Origin: Pristiophorus japonicus
Lineage: Eukaryota
Direction: 5' to 3'
Assembly (NCBI RefSeq): GCF_044704955.1
Contig: NC_091988.1
Span: 53,940,001 to 54,004,000 of the forward strand
DNA: 64,000 nucleotides
In this document: one piece after another, positions 10,468-23,009 of the stretch
How the letters are laid out: each line of letters opens with the position of its first letter
Numbering within the stretch: the first letter of the stretch is position 1
Program-made: the position numbers and the translations under genes
Notes under the pieces: model-generated
Told to the model about the DNA's origin: nothing
The model's input: only the letters and a program-made list of their open reading frames with translations
Databases searched by the model: none

Positions 10468-12943
10468 GGAGTAGTAGCACAGTGGTTATATTACTGGACT
10501 AATAATCCGGACACGTGAATTTAAATCCCATCACGGCTGATGAGGAATTTAAATTCAGTTAATTCAATAAGTCTGGAATAAAAAGCTAGTATCAGTAATG
10601 GTGATCATAAAACTACCCGATTGTCAAAAAAAACTATTTGGTTCTCCAATGTCCTTTTTAGGGAAGGAAATCTGCTGTCCTTGCAGGATAGGATCAGTGC
10701 GTTAGTCTGTCCTATATGTGATTCCAGACTCTCAGAAATGTGGTTGACTCTTAACAGCCCTCAACAAAGCTGGGACCAATATCCTCACGGGAGGACGGTT
10801 TGCTAGTGCTGTTGGGGAGGATTTAAACTAGCTTGGCAGGGGAATGAGAACCTGAGAATAGATTCAGTAGGGAGAAGAGTAAAACTGGAATTAGAAAGCA
10901 AAAGCAAAAGTGAGTTTGAAGGACAGAGGAAACGAGCAGGAAAAAAGGGTTTTTGTAAAAAAACAAATTTAAAAGCTCATTGTCAAAATGCACATAGCAT
11001 TCGTAACAAACTAGATGAGTTGACGGCACAATAGATACAAATGGATATGATCTGATAGCCATTACAGAGATGTGGTTGCAAGGTGACCAGGACTGGGAAC
11101 TAACTATTCAGGGATATTTGACAATTCAGAAGGACAGACAGAAAGGAAAAGGAGGTGGGGTAGCACTGTTAATAAAGGATGGGATCAGTGCGTTAGTGAT
11201 AAACGATATTGGCTCAGAGGATAAAGATGTTGAATTAGTTTGGGTGGAGATGAGGAATAATAAAGGGAAAAAGTCGCTGGTGGGCATAGTCTATAGGCCC
11301 CCTAACAGTAGCTACACTGTTGGACGGAGTATAAATCAAGAAATAATGGAGGCTTGTAATAAAGGAACGGCAATAATCATGGTTGATTTTAACCTTCATA
11401 TTGATTGGACAAAGCAAATTGGCCAGGGTAGCCTTGAGGAAGAGTTCATAGAATGTATCCGGGATAGTTTCCTTGGACAGTATGTTGCGGAACCAACCAG
11501 GGAGCAGGCTATCTTAGATCTAGTACTGTGTAATGAGGCAGGATTCATCAATGATCCCGTAGTAAATGATCCTCTCGGAATGAGTGACCATAATATGATT
11601 GAATTTAAAATTCAGCTGGAGGGTGAGAAAGTTTATTCTTAAACCAGGGTCCTAAGCTTAAATAAAGAAGGCAGAGTTAGCTAAAGTGGACTGGGAAAAT
11701 AGACTAAAGAATAGGACGGTTGATGAACAGTGGCAGACATTTAAGGAGCTATTTCATAACTTGCAACAAAAATATATCCCAATGAGAAGGAAAGATGAAG
11801 AGAAGGGATAACCATCCGTGGCTAACTAATGAAATAAGGGAGGGTATCAAATTGAAAACAAAGGCATACAATGTGGCCAAGACTAGTGGGAGGCCAGAGG
11901 ATTGGGACATTTTCTTTAAGCCAGCAGAGAACAACTAAAAAAAAAATGATTGAGAGGGAAGACAGATTATGACAGTAAACTAGCACAAAATATAAAAACA
12001 GACAGTAAGAGTTTATACAAGTACGCAAAAAGGAAAAGGGTGGCTAAAGTAAATGTTGGTCGCCTAGAGGATGAGACTAAGGAATTAATAATGGCGAACA
12101 AGGAAATGGTAGAGATGTTGAACAAATATTTTGTATCGGTCTTCATTGTAGAAGACACTTAAAAACATCTCAATAGTGGATAATCAAGGGGCTATAGGGA
12201 GGGAGGAACTTAATACAATCCCTATCACTAATGAAGTAGTACGAGGTAAAATAATGGGACTAAAGGCGGACAAGTCCCCTGGACCTGATGCCTTATATCC
12301 TAGGGTCTTGAGAGAAGTGGCTACATTGGTTATAATCTACCAAAATTCCCTGGATTCTGGGGAGGTCCCAGCAGATTGGAAAACTGCAAATGTAACACCC
12401 CTATTTAAAAAAAGAAGGCAGACAAAAAGCAGGAAACTATAGACCAGTTAGCCTAACATCTGTCGTTGGCAAAATGCTGGAGTCCTTTATTAAAGGAAGC
12501 AGTGGCGGGACATTTGGAAAAGCATGATTCAATCAAGCAGAGTCAGCATGGTTTTATGAAAGAGAAATCATGTTTGACAAATTTGCTGGAGTTCTTTGAG
12601 GATGTAACAAGCAGGGTGGATAAGGGGGAACCAGTGGATGTGGTGTATTTGGATTTCCAGAAGGCATTTGAAAAGATGCAACATAAAAGGTTACTGCACA
12701 AGATAAGAGCTCACTGGGTTGGGGGTAATATATTAGCAGGCTCGAGAGGCCAAATGGCCTACTCCTGCTCCTATTTCTTATGTTGTTATGAAATGGCTTG
12801 GCAAGCCACTCAGTTGTACCAAACTGCTACTAAGAAGAGCAGTTCATGAAGGTGGCTAACCACCACCTTCTGAAGGGCAATTAGGGATGGGTAATAAATG
12901 CTGGGGTGATGCCCATATCCCATGATAGAATTTTTTTTTTTTT
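10468..12943 (+). mobile_element. tRNA-derived SINE family B, split by CR1 (10468-10762 + 12789-12943)
   Basis: tRNA-like head; body breaks at GCCCTC and resumes at TGAAATGG after the CR1 tail; 3' tail shared with LINE family B. Confidence 0.75.
10763..12788 (+). mobile_element. CR1 LINE, decayed ORF2 (APE endonuclease plus RT N-terminus), internally deleted
   Basis: GKGGGVAL, IVYRPP, DFN, ILDLVL, SDHN endonuclease motifs; QHGF and VYLDFQKAF RT motifs; jumps to the 3' tail at about 12736. Confidence 0.95.
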
Positions 12944-12988
12944 AAATGAGCCCCTCCTCTTCCCCAACCCCCAGCATCAATCCAATTC

Positions 12989-13112
12989 AAAAGCAAAATA
13001 CTGCGGATGCTGGAATCTGAAATAACACCAGAAAATGCTGGAAACATTAACTCTGTTTCTCTCCCCAAAGATGCTGCCTGACCCACTGAGATTTCCATCA
13101 TTTTCTGTTTTT
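12989..13112. mobile_element. Penelope terminal-repeat remnants in inverted arrangement
   Basis: Second half is the reverse complement of 7640-7693; CAGAAAATG and CATTTTCTG arms face each other. Confidence 0.55.
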
Positions 13113-13491
13113 AATCCCACCATCGACCCCTTGCCCTCATCTTTCTGTAACATCCATCCATCTGTAAGCATAATCTAGCTGAAGTCTTTAGGCAGAGAAA
13201 AAAATAGCTACATTTCTTGCATGGGCCTGACTTGCAATTTTCAAAATAGCATGAAATTATTTTCTGATACCAGCTATTTATTCTGCACTCAAAGTAATGC
13301 GAGTATTATAAGGATTTTCGGAGGAGACCAAAGTGAGCCTTTTAAACCAGAAGAAGAGGAATTTGCACTTGTATAGCACCTATCTCCTCATGTTATCTGG
13401 ATAGTCCAATATGCTTTACAACCATCAGAGTACTTTATGGGAGTGTAGTCACTGTAATGTAGTTAGCTTATAACAACAATAACTTGCATTT

Positions 13492-15093
13492 ATAAGAACA
13501 TAAGAAATAGAAACAGGAGTAGGCCATATGGCCCCTCGAGCCTGCTCCGCCATTCCATAAGATCATAGCTGATCTGATCATGGACTCGGCTCCACTTCCC
13601 TGCCCGCTCCCCATAACCCTTTATCGTTTAAGAAACTGTCTAATTCTGTCTTAAATTTATTCAATATCCCAGTTTCCACAGCTCTCTGAGGCAGCGAATT
13701 CCACAGATTTACAACCCTCAGAGGAAATTTCTGATCTGTTTTAAATGGGCTGCCCCTTATTCTAAGATCATGCCCTCCAGTTCTAGTCTCCCCCATCAGT
13801 GGAAACATCCTCTCTGCATCCACCTTGTCAAGCCCCCTCATAATCTTATACGTTTCAACAAGACCACCTCTCATTCTTCTGAATTCCAATGAGTAGAGGC
13901 CCAACCTACTCAACCTTTCCTCATAAGTCAACCCCCTCATCCCCGGAATCAACATGGTGAACCTTCTCTGAACTGCCGCCAAACAAGTATATCCTTTGTT
14001 AAATATGGAAACTAAAACCGCACACTGTATTCCAGGTGTGGCATCACCAATACCCTATATAGCTGTAGCAAGACTTAGCTGCTTTTATACTCCATCCCCT
14101 TTGCAATAAAGGCCAAGATACCATTGGCCTTCCTGATCACTTGCTGTACCTGCATATTATCCTTTTGTGTTTTATGCACAAGTACCCCCAGGTCCCGCAG
14201 TACTGTGACACTTTGCAATTTTTCTCCATTTAAATAATAACTTGCTCTTTGATTTTTTTCTGCCAAAGTGCAGGAACTCACACTTTCCAACATTATACTC
14301 CATCTGCCAAATTTTTGCCCACTCACTTAGCCCCTCTCTGTCCTTCTGCAGATTTTTTGTGTCCTCCTCACACGTTGCTTTTCCTCCCATCTTATATCAT
14401 CAGCAAACTTGGCTATGTTACTCAGTCCCTTCTTCTAAGTCGTTAATCTAAATTGTAAATAGTTGGGATCCCAGCACTGATCCCTGCAGCACCCCACTAG
14501 TTACTGGTTGCCAACCAGAGAATGAACCATTTATCCCGACTCTCTGTTTTCTGTTAGTTAGCCAATCCTCTGTCCATGCTAATATATTACCCCCAACCCC
14601 GTGAACTTTTATCTTGTGCAGTAACCTTTTATGTGGCACCTTGTCAAATGCCTTCTGGAAGTCCAAATACACCACATCCACTGGTTCCCCTTCATCCACC
14701 CTGTTCGTTACATCCTCAAAGAAATCCAGCAAATTTGTCAAACATGACTTCCCCTTCATAAATCCATGCTGACTCCGCCTGACTGAATTTTGCTTTTCCA
14801 AATGTCCTGCTACTGCTTCTTTAATAATGGACTCCAACATTTTCCCAACCACAGATGTTAGCCTAATTGGTCTATAGTTTCCTGCTTTTTGTCTGCCTCC
14901 TTTTTTAAATAGGGGCATTACATTTGCACTTTTGCAATCTGCTGGGACCTCCCCAGAATCCAGGTAAATTACAACCAATGCATCCACAATCCCTGCTGCT
15001 ACTTCTCTTAAGACCCTAGATGCAAGCCATCAGATCTAGGGGATTTATTTGCCTGTAGTCCCATTATCTTATTGAGTACCACCTCTTTAGTGA
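13492..15093 (-). mobile_element. CR1 LINE, RT to 3' tail
   Basis: NYRPIRLTS, QHGF, VYLDFQKAFDKVPH, SGVLQGSVLG motifs; CTTATGTT-type tail. Confidence 0.95.
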
Positions 15094-15167
15094 TTATATA
15101 GTGCCTTTAATGTAGTAAAACATCCCAGGAGCATTATCAAACAAAATTTGACACACAACTACGTAAA

Positions 15168-15541
15168 AGAAAAGACTTGCATTTATATAGCGTCTTTCAT
15201 GATCTCAGGACATCCCAAAGCGCATTACAGCCAATGAAGTATTCACTATTGTAATGTGGGAAACTCAGCAGCCAATTTGCACATAGCAAGCTCCCACAAA
15301 CAGCAATGTGATGACCAGATAATCTGCTTTTGTGATGTTCATGGAGGATAAATATTGGCCAGGACACCGGGGATAACTCTCCTGATCATCAAGTCCACCT
15401 GAGAGAGCAGATGGGGCCTTGGTTTAATGTCTCACCTGAAAGATGGCACCTCTGACAGTGCAACATTCCCGGAGTTTTGCACTGGAGCGTCAGCCGAGAT
15501 TTTTGTGCTCAAGTCTCTGGAGTGGGACATGAACCCACAAC
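15168..15541 (-). mobile_element. SINE family A
   Basis: Reverse complement of the 9016 copy, lying inside L2. Confidence 0.88.
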
Positions 15542-16387
15542 CGATTAGGGCAAATGACCAAAAGCTTCGTCAAAGAGGTTTTAAGGAGCATCTTAAAGGA
15601 GGAAAACGAGCAGTTTAGTGAGGGAATTCCAGCGCTCCGAGTCTAGGCAGCTGAAGGCATGGCCGGCAATGGTGGAACAATTAAAATCGTGGATGTTGCA
15701 AGAGGCCAGAATTGGAAGAACACAGAGATCTGAGGGTTGTAGGGCTGGAGGAGGTTACAGAGATAGGAAGGGACGAGGTCATGGAGGGATTTAAAAACAA
15801 GAATGAAAATTTTAAAATGTAGCCTACAGCCTATTAGCCCACAGCAAAGTTGCACTGACAGCAAATGATTGAATGACCAGATAATCTGTTTTGGGTGGTC
15901 TTGTAGACCCTTCTGGACCTAGGATGGTCGTGACTTTTTTTTAAAAACATTTTTCTTTGATCATTTTCTCCCAAGGCCAGGCCACGTTGCTCTACAACCA
16001 TGAGCAACCTGCTCACATTCCTCTGGGAATACCGCTCTTCAGCTGTCCACTCTTAAGATGTTTAAATGCAGGTTGGGGGAGGGGAGGTGAGGTATTGAGT
16101 GACCTTTCTGCTATTTTTTTTTCTCCTCTCCATCTCTGAGCAGCTCTCCCTCCTGGTTGTGTGGGGATTGAGGTTTTGCTGTGTGGGGAATTACGGGCAT
16201 AAATGTGCTTTCTGCTGTTCTGTGGTTCTTTTCTCCCTGTTCCGACCGGGGTCTTGGTAGACATTTTGTAGCACCAGAATGTGTGTCTCTCTTTAAGGTG
16301 TCTCTATGTTAAAGGCTGGAGTTCTATTCAGGGAACTTCCAGAGGATTAAAAAAGATTGATTTGCAAATCCTTTCATTTTTAATCCC

Positions 16388-16637
16388 TGATGTGTCCTTA
16401 TTATACAGTACAAATGCACACGAGGCCCATACTAGAGAGAAGGTCGCTCTATTGTGACCAGTAAACTTTATTCGCCAGCACTGAAGTGATGAAGGTGGGT
16501 GGAGCTTCCCCTTTTATACCTGGAAGTCCAGGTTAGGAGTCTCTCCAACAAGTTCACCACCTCATGGTCAGTGTTCTCACGGTGTACAACTTAGGTCAGT
16601 TTATACATGGATTACAATGACAGTTGAATACATGACA
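16388..16637 (-). repeat. Gypsy 3' LTR (250 bp)
   Basis: TG..CA ends; TATA-like and AATAAA signals on the minus strand; last 100 bp match 20534-20633. Confidence 0.92.
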
Positions 16638-16665
16638 TCACCTTCCCCCCAAAGTCTTATTGGGA

Positions 16666-19600
16666 TCACAGGTTAAGTCTCTCTGGTGGTTTACGTTCCC
16701 TTGTAGAGCGCCTGAGTTGGGGCTCCGGTTGTTGGGCACTGGCCTGAGTGTCTGCTGTTTGCGGTGCCTCAGGCCTGTCCGGACTGCCCACAGTGACTGG
16801 GCTCTCCTCCACTTGGTTCCGGTGTTCGGTCACCTGTGGTGGAGTAAACTCTACATTGTGTTCTTCCTCTGCTTCTTCTATGGGATTGCTGAACCTTCTT
16901 TTTGTTTTATCCACGTATTTGCGGCAGATTTGTCCATTGGTAAGTTTAACTACCAGAATCCTATTCCCCTCTTTTGCAACCACAGTGCCTGCGAGCCATT
17001 TGGGACCTGCAGTGTAGTTGAGGACAAAGACAGGGTCATTGACATCAATACATCACGCCCTCGCATTCCCGTCATGGTAATCACATTGTGACTGGAGCCT
17101 GCTCTCAACAATTTCTTTCATGATTGGGTGTACGAGGGATAACCTGGTTTTGAGCATCCTTTTCATTAGCAGCTCTGCGGGTGGAACCCCTGTGAACGAG
17201 TGTGGTCGGGATCTATTGGCCAACAGGAGGCGTGATAAGTGGCTTTGTAGGGCACCCCCTTGGATTCTGAGCATCCCCTGTTTGATTATCTGCACTGCTC
17301 GTTCCGCCTGGCTGTTTGAGGCCAGCTTGAACGGTGCTGTTCTGACATGGTTGATACCATTTCCTGCCATGAAGTCCTGGAACTCAATGCTTGTAAAGCA
17401 CAGGCCACTGTCGCTGACCAAGACGTCCAGTAGACTATGGGCGGCGAACATTGCCCGTAGACTTACTACCGTGGCAGAGGATGTGCTTGAATTGAGAATG
17501 TCACAATCGATCCATTTGGAGTAGGCATCTACTACAACCAAAAACATTTTTCCCATGAAAGGACCTGCGTAGTCCACATGGATGTGTGACCATGGCTTGG
17601 CGGGCCAGTACCAGGGGTTAAGGGGGGCTTCCCTGGGCACATTGCCCAGCTGGGCACACGTGTTGTACCTGCGAACACAAAGTTCCAGGTCTGCATCTAT
17701 CCCTGGCCACCAAATGTGTGACCTGGCAATTGCCTTCATCATGACAATGCCCGGGTGCTCATTGTGCAGTTCTCTGAACACCTCTCTGCCCATCTGGGGC
17801 ATGACTACTCAGTTTCCCATAGTAGGCAATCGGCCTGAATTGAGAGTTCATCCTTGCGCCTGTGAAATGGTTTAAATTCCAAAGGACATGCCCCATACAT
17901 GGCTGCCCAGTCCCCATTCAGGACACATTTCTTGACTAAAGACAGTACCGGGTCTCTCTTTGTCCAGATTTTAATCTGACGGGCTGTCATGGGTGAGCCT
18001 TCACTTTCGAAAGCTTTAACAGCTATGACCATCTCAACAGCAACTCAGTTGCCCCCTTGGTGGTGGCTAGTGGGAGCCTGCTGAATGCATCAGCGCAGTT
18101 TTCAGTGACCGGTCTGTGCTGAATTGTATAGTCATAGGCGTCTAACGTGAGTGCCCACCTCTGAATGCGGGCCGACGCATTTGCATTTATGGCCTTGTTG
18201 TCGGCCAAAAGGGACGTTATGGGTTTGTGATCTGTCTCCAGTTCAAATTTCCTGCCAAACAGGTACTGGTACATTTTTTTTACTGCATATACACATGCAA
18301 GCACTTCCTTTTCTACCATCCTGTAGCCTGGGACAGACTTCTGGAGGCATAAGCTACCGGCTTTAACTGACACTTGGCATTCACATGCTGCAACACACAC
18401 CCAACCCCATAGGACGACGCATCGCATGTTAAAACAAGTTTCTTACATTGGTCATATAGCGTTAACAGATTGTTGGAGCATAACAAATTGCGTGCTCCAT
18501 CAAAAGCCCTTTCCTGACTGTTCCCCCACACCCATTCGCGACCTTTGCGTAGGAGCACGTGTAGCGGCTCTAACAGCGTGCTCAATTTGGGAAGAAAATT
18601 ACCAAAATAGTTCAGGAGCCCCAGGAACGTACGCAGCTCCGTCGTGTTACGGGGTCTGGGTGCTCTCTGGATCGCTTTCGTTTTGGACGCAGTAGGTCTG
18701 ATCCCGTCTGCTGCTACTCTCATCCCCAGGAATTCTACTTCTGGAGCTCGGAAGACGCACGTCGCCTTTTTCAGTCGCAGCCCTACCTGGTCCAGTCTGC
18801 GTAGCACCTCCTCCAGGTTGTGGAGGTGTTCTTCAGTATCGCGACCCGTGATGAGGATGTCGTCTTGAAAAACCACCATCCGTGGAATCGACTTGAGACT
18901 TTCCATGTTTCGTTGAAAGATCGCGGCGGCCGAGCGAATCCTGAACGGACATCTATTGTAGTCAAACAACCCCTTGTGTGTCATGATGGTGGTCAGCTTC
19001 TTTGACTCACTCACCAGCTCCTGGGTCATGTAAGCTGAGGTCAGGTCCAATTTTGAAAAAAGTTTGCCACCGGATAGCGTCGCAAAGAGGTCCTCCGCTC
19101 TCTGTAGCGGGTACTGGTCTTGGAATGACACATGATTGATGGTGGCCTTGTAATCACCACATATCCTGACCGACCCATCCGCCTTGAGCACCGGCACATT
19201 TGGGCTTGCCCAGTCACTGAATTCGACTGGCGAGATGATGCCTTCCCTCAGCAGGCGGTCCAATTCACCTTTTATCTTTACCCGCATCACGTACGGTACT
19301 GCTCTGGCCTTGTGATGTACTGGCCTGGCGTCTGGGTTTATGTGAATCACTACCTTGGTTCCCATGAAAGTTCCAATGCCGGGTTGAAATAGTGAGTCAA
19401 ATTTGTCCAGAACCTGTGAACATGATATTTGCTCCACAGAAGAAATTACATTGACATCGCACCATTTCCAGTTCATGACAGCAAGCCAACTCCTCCCAGC
19501 AGTGCGGGACCATCCCCTGGGACAATCCAGAGTGGCAACCTGTTCTCCGAATCTTTGTGGGCGCTGCCTTGCACCGGAATGATCTCTTTTGCATATGTCC

Positions 19601-20533
19601 GTAGCTGTGTGTCAATCGGCAATAATTTTGGCCTCCTGGCCTTGGACACCCACAACTTGTCAAACTGTTTGATACTCATCAGGGACTGGCTGGTCCCCGT
19701 GTCTAGCTCCATTAATACTGGGATGCCATTGAGGAGCACTTTCATCATTATCGGTGGCATCCTGGTGTATGAACTGTATATGTGTTCCACATGAACTCGC
19801 TGAACTTCAGCTTCCAGCGATTTCCCCCCAGTGTCCATTTGGCCTCGTCGGGCTTACATCGGGCCCGTCCTCCTCGTACATCAACCTGGCTGCAGGCTTC
19901 CTGCACATACGCGCCAAATGACCGCTGACGTTGCAGTTTCTGCAGGTATATTGCTGATGCCTGCAAGCTCTGGCTGGCTTTGTGTTTGCCTCCACATCTC
20001 CAACATGAGCCGTTGTTGGAAACAAAAGGTCCATTACCAGTCGATCGTCTCTGACTGTCTCTGTAACTGTCCTTAAGTGCACCATTAACAGGTGTTGATG
20101 GCCCCATTACTGGTCGCATTGTCCATTGCGATGGCATGAATCGCCGTTCAGCTAGCCATTGTCTCTGTTGAATTCCCCTTTGGGTTCGACTACATGCTTG
20201 GGCATGTCCGATTGCCCCTGTCTGCCTAGAGAACTGTGTGCTGCGTTAACAATGTTGACTCCCTATCCATTTGCTGCATTTAAACCAAGATTTTTGTCAA
20301 ACATCATTCTGGTCTCTTCCTCCCCTGAGATAAATGTCTGGGCTATCAAAGCCGCCATTTCCAGGGTCAAGTCTTTGGTCTCAATCAGTTTCCTGAAAAC
20401 CCCAGCATTCCTGATGCCCGATGCATCTCTGCTCTGCATGCATCTGGGAACTTGCACAGGCTCGCCAGTCGCCGGAGGTCTGCCACGAAGTCGAGAACGC
20501 TTTGCCCTTCTCGCCACCGGTGCGTGTAAAACT
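16666..20533 (-). pseudogene. Gypsy gag-pol pseudogene (frameshifts and stops)
   Basis: Two zinc knuckles (CWRCGGKH, CRNCNVSGHLARMC); protease ELDTGTS; RT FQDDIL; RNase H TCDASSYG/ETDHKP; integrase HNEHPG, HVDYAGP, AERAV. Confidence 0.95.
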
Positions 20534-20633
20534 GGTGTCTCCCACAAGTTCACCAACTAGTGGTCAGTGTTCTCACGGTGTACAACTTAGGTCAGTTTAT
20601 ACATGGATTACAAAGACAGTTGAATACATGACA
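20534..20633 (-). repeat. Gypsy 5' LTR remnant (U3 part only)
   Basis: About 6 mismatches over about 100 bp versus 16538-16637; fused directly to gag. Confidence 0.9.
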
Positions 20634-20724
20634 ATCCCAGTGTGAGGAATGGTCCTTGTGAGACACGTGTCATCTTAGAAATCTATCCCTACGCAAACTC
20701 TGAAGGTAATAGGTCAATCAATCA

Positions 20725-21116
20725 ACGCTGTAATCCATGTCTTTGTTACCTCTAGCCCAATGCTTTCCCAGCCGGCATTTCATAAATTTCAGCTCATCCA
20801 AAACTCTGCTACCTGAATCCTAACTCACACCAAGTCCCGTTCACCCATCACCCCTGTGCTTGCTGACCTACATTGGCTACCGGCCCGGCAACGTCTCAAT
20901 TTTAAAATTCTAATCTTTGTTTTCAAATCCCTCCATGTCTTGCCCCTCCCTATCTCGGTAACCCCCTCCAGCCCCCCCCCCCCCCACCCCGAGATCTCTG
21001 CACTCCTGCAATTCTCGCCTCTTGCGTGCCCCCTTTTTTAATCGCTCCAACATTGGCGGGCGGCCATACTATCAGCTGCCTATGCTCTAAACTCTGGAAT
21101 TCCTTCCTAAACCTTT

Positions 21117-21163
<47 letters not shown>

Positions 21164-21325
21164 GCCTCCTTTAAAACACTCCTTTAAAAACTACCTCTTT
21201 GAGCAAGCTTTTGGTCACCTGCCCCAATATTTCCTCATGCGGCTTGCCATCAAATTTTGTTAATGCTCCTGTGAAGTACCTTTTGACATTTTACTAAAGG
21301 CACTATATAACAACTGGAAGCTGTT
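20725..21325 (+). mobile_element. L2 LINE 3' end with internal (CT)n
   Basis: LADLHWLP..RLNFKILIFVFKSLH motif; L2 3' UTR; (CT)n at 21121-21160. Confidence 0.88.
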
Positions 21326-21654
21326 ATAATCTTATACTTTTGCGGTTTGTGTATTTGACTGCTCGGAACCGCTAAAATTTTCATCGGGTTTGGAAGGCTC
21401 CCATCTTTCAATGTATGGGAATTTGTGGGGTGGTAAGTTTAAACAATTCACGATGCCACGTTAAGAATGACTTGGTTGTATCAGGGTCGTAGTAAACATT
21501 GTTTGGAGAGTTAATTGAACTTTTAACAGTATCGACAGGTCAATGGTTGGGCTGGGCTTTTCCACTTGCATAGTTGCCAGCCTGTGATGATCCTGCCTAT
21601 GAAAATGAATGGGGGTGGGGGCAAGGAGGTATCATAGGTTAGTAAGTTCACAAG

Positions 21655-22725
21655 AATGCATTTATTTAGTGTCTTTCATGACCTCAGGACGTCCCAAACC
21701 ACTTACTTTTGAAGTGCAGTCACCGTTGTAATGTAAGAAAAGCGGCTGCCATTTTGTGCGCAGCAAGCTCCCACAAACAGCAATGAGCTAAATGACCAGA
21801 TTCATTGGATGGAATATTAATAAAATAAATGCAGAAACTTCAGTATATAGTGAGATGCTGGAGTGATCAGAGAATTTTCATAGCAACATAAAAATAGAAA
21901 AAGATTAATGTTTCATTTTGCCTTTACTGAGACTTAATAAAATATGAAATTGTTTTGCATTTTTCTCATAAATGCTACTGAAATACTGCACAAAGAATCA
22001 TTGTAGCGATTACATGCGATTCATGTTTTTGTAGTTTAATATTCCATGTTGGCATGGGAGCTGATGAGTCGGGAAAGAATCTCCTCCAGACACTTGTCTC
22101 TTTGCTTTTTTTAAAAAAGTAAACCAGTTGCAAAATGGATATTAACATAAAAGTTGCATCTGTTCAATATTCACTGCTGTGTTTTCATATTGCCAATTTT
22201 AGTCAAATTTGGCTGCAGTCAGCCTTATTACAGTTTTTTGATCCTTTATTTTAATATGCAATAAAATGCATTAAGGAATACACTGCCTGAAAAGGGTGGT
22301 GGAAGGAAATTCAATAGTAACTTTCAAAAGGGAATTGGATAACTATTTGGCGAGGAAAAATTGGCAGGGGAAGAAAGGGGAGTGGAACTAATTAGAGAGC
22401 TCTTTGAAAGAGCGGGCACTGGTATGATGGGCTGACTGACCACCTCCTGTGCTGTAAGATTCTGTGATTCTATAATCTGTTTTTAGTGGTATTGGTTGAG
22501 GGATAAATATAGGTCAGGACTCTCCTGCTCAAATAGTGCCATGGGATCTCATGCCCACATAACCCGAGGTCCCATTTACCCTCTTAACGTCCCATCTGAA
22601 AGGCAGCACTTCTAACAGTGCAGGACTCCTTCAGTACTGCACTGAAATGTCAGCCTGAATTGGAAGTCTCTGGAGTGGGCCTCAAACCCACGACCTTCTG
22701 ACTCCAAGTGCTGCCATGGTTGACA
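21655..22725 (-). mobile_element. SINE family A split by a 670-bp insert (21802-22472)
   Basis: Body breaks at GACCAGAT and resumes at AATCTG, which are contiguous in the other copies. Confidence 0.7.
22280..22472 (+). mobile_element. CR1 3' end
   Basis: CACTGCCTGAAAAGGGTGGTGGA start; GATTCTGTGATTCTA tail. Confidence 0.8.
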
Positions 22726-23009
22726 CCTATGAAGCAGAAAACCTCCTGTGAGTTGGTATACCGATCATCTCGCCGTGGATTGGGGATTAGTAGCATGGGG
22801 GTTCGTTCTCGGGACAATCGGTGCAACATCCGTTCTGGTTGTGGGGGTGCGTGGGGGCATGTGCCAATTGGAGCTCAGGTGCTTTGGGTGGGGGGGGTGG
22901 GGTGGGGTGGAGGGGGAGCGGCATGTGACAATTGGTGCTCAGGCGCTTGGACAGGGGGGTGAAAGAGAGTCGTCCTGAACTGTTGTCCTACATCTGTTGC
23001 ACCGGAGAG

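Larger units (their letters stand above)
13471..15825 (-). mobile_element. L2 LINE 3' end interrupted by CR1 and SINE A
   Basis: Tail ACAACAATAACTTGCATTTATA resumes as TATATAGTGCCTTTAATGTAG at about 15095; minus-strand FKIFILVFKSLHDLVPSYL motif. Confidence 0.8.
16388..20633 (-). mobile_element. Ty3/Gypsy LTR retrotransposon (Mag-like), defective
   Basis: 5-bp TSD ATCCC (16383-16387 / 20634-20638); TG..CA ends; PPT GGGGGGAAGGTGA next to the 3' LTR; gag-PR-RT-RH-IN order. Confidence 0.96.

Noticed and set aside
18313-19476. 387-aa RT ORF as a functional or domesticated gene
   Set aside because: Part of a frameshifted gag-pol with a deleted promoter/PBS and a mutated integrase zinc finger.
22061-22095. 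CTGATGAGTC as a possible hammerhead core
   Set aside because: No GAAA box correctly placed after a closing stem II.
22856-22950. Two ~32-bp direct repeats GGCATGTG.CAATTGG.GCTCAGG.GCTT
   Set aside because: Simple local duplication with only two units; does not fit a full p53 site.
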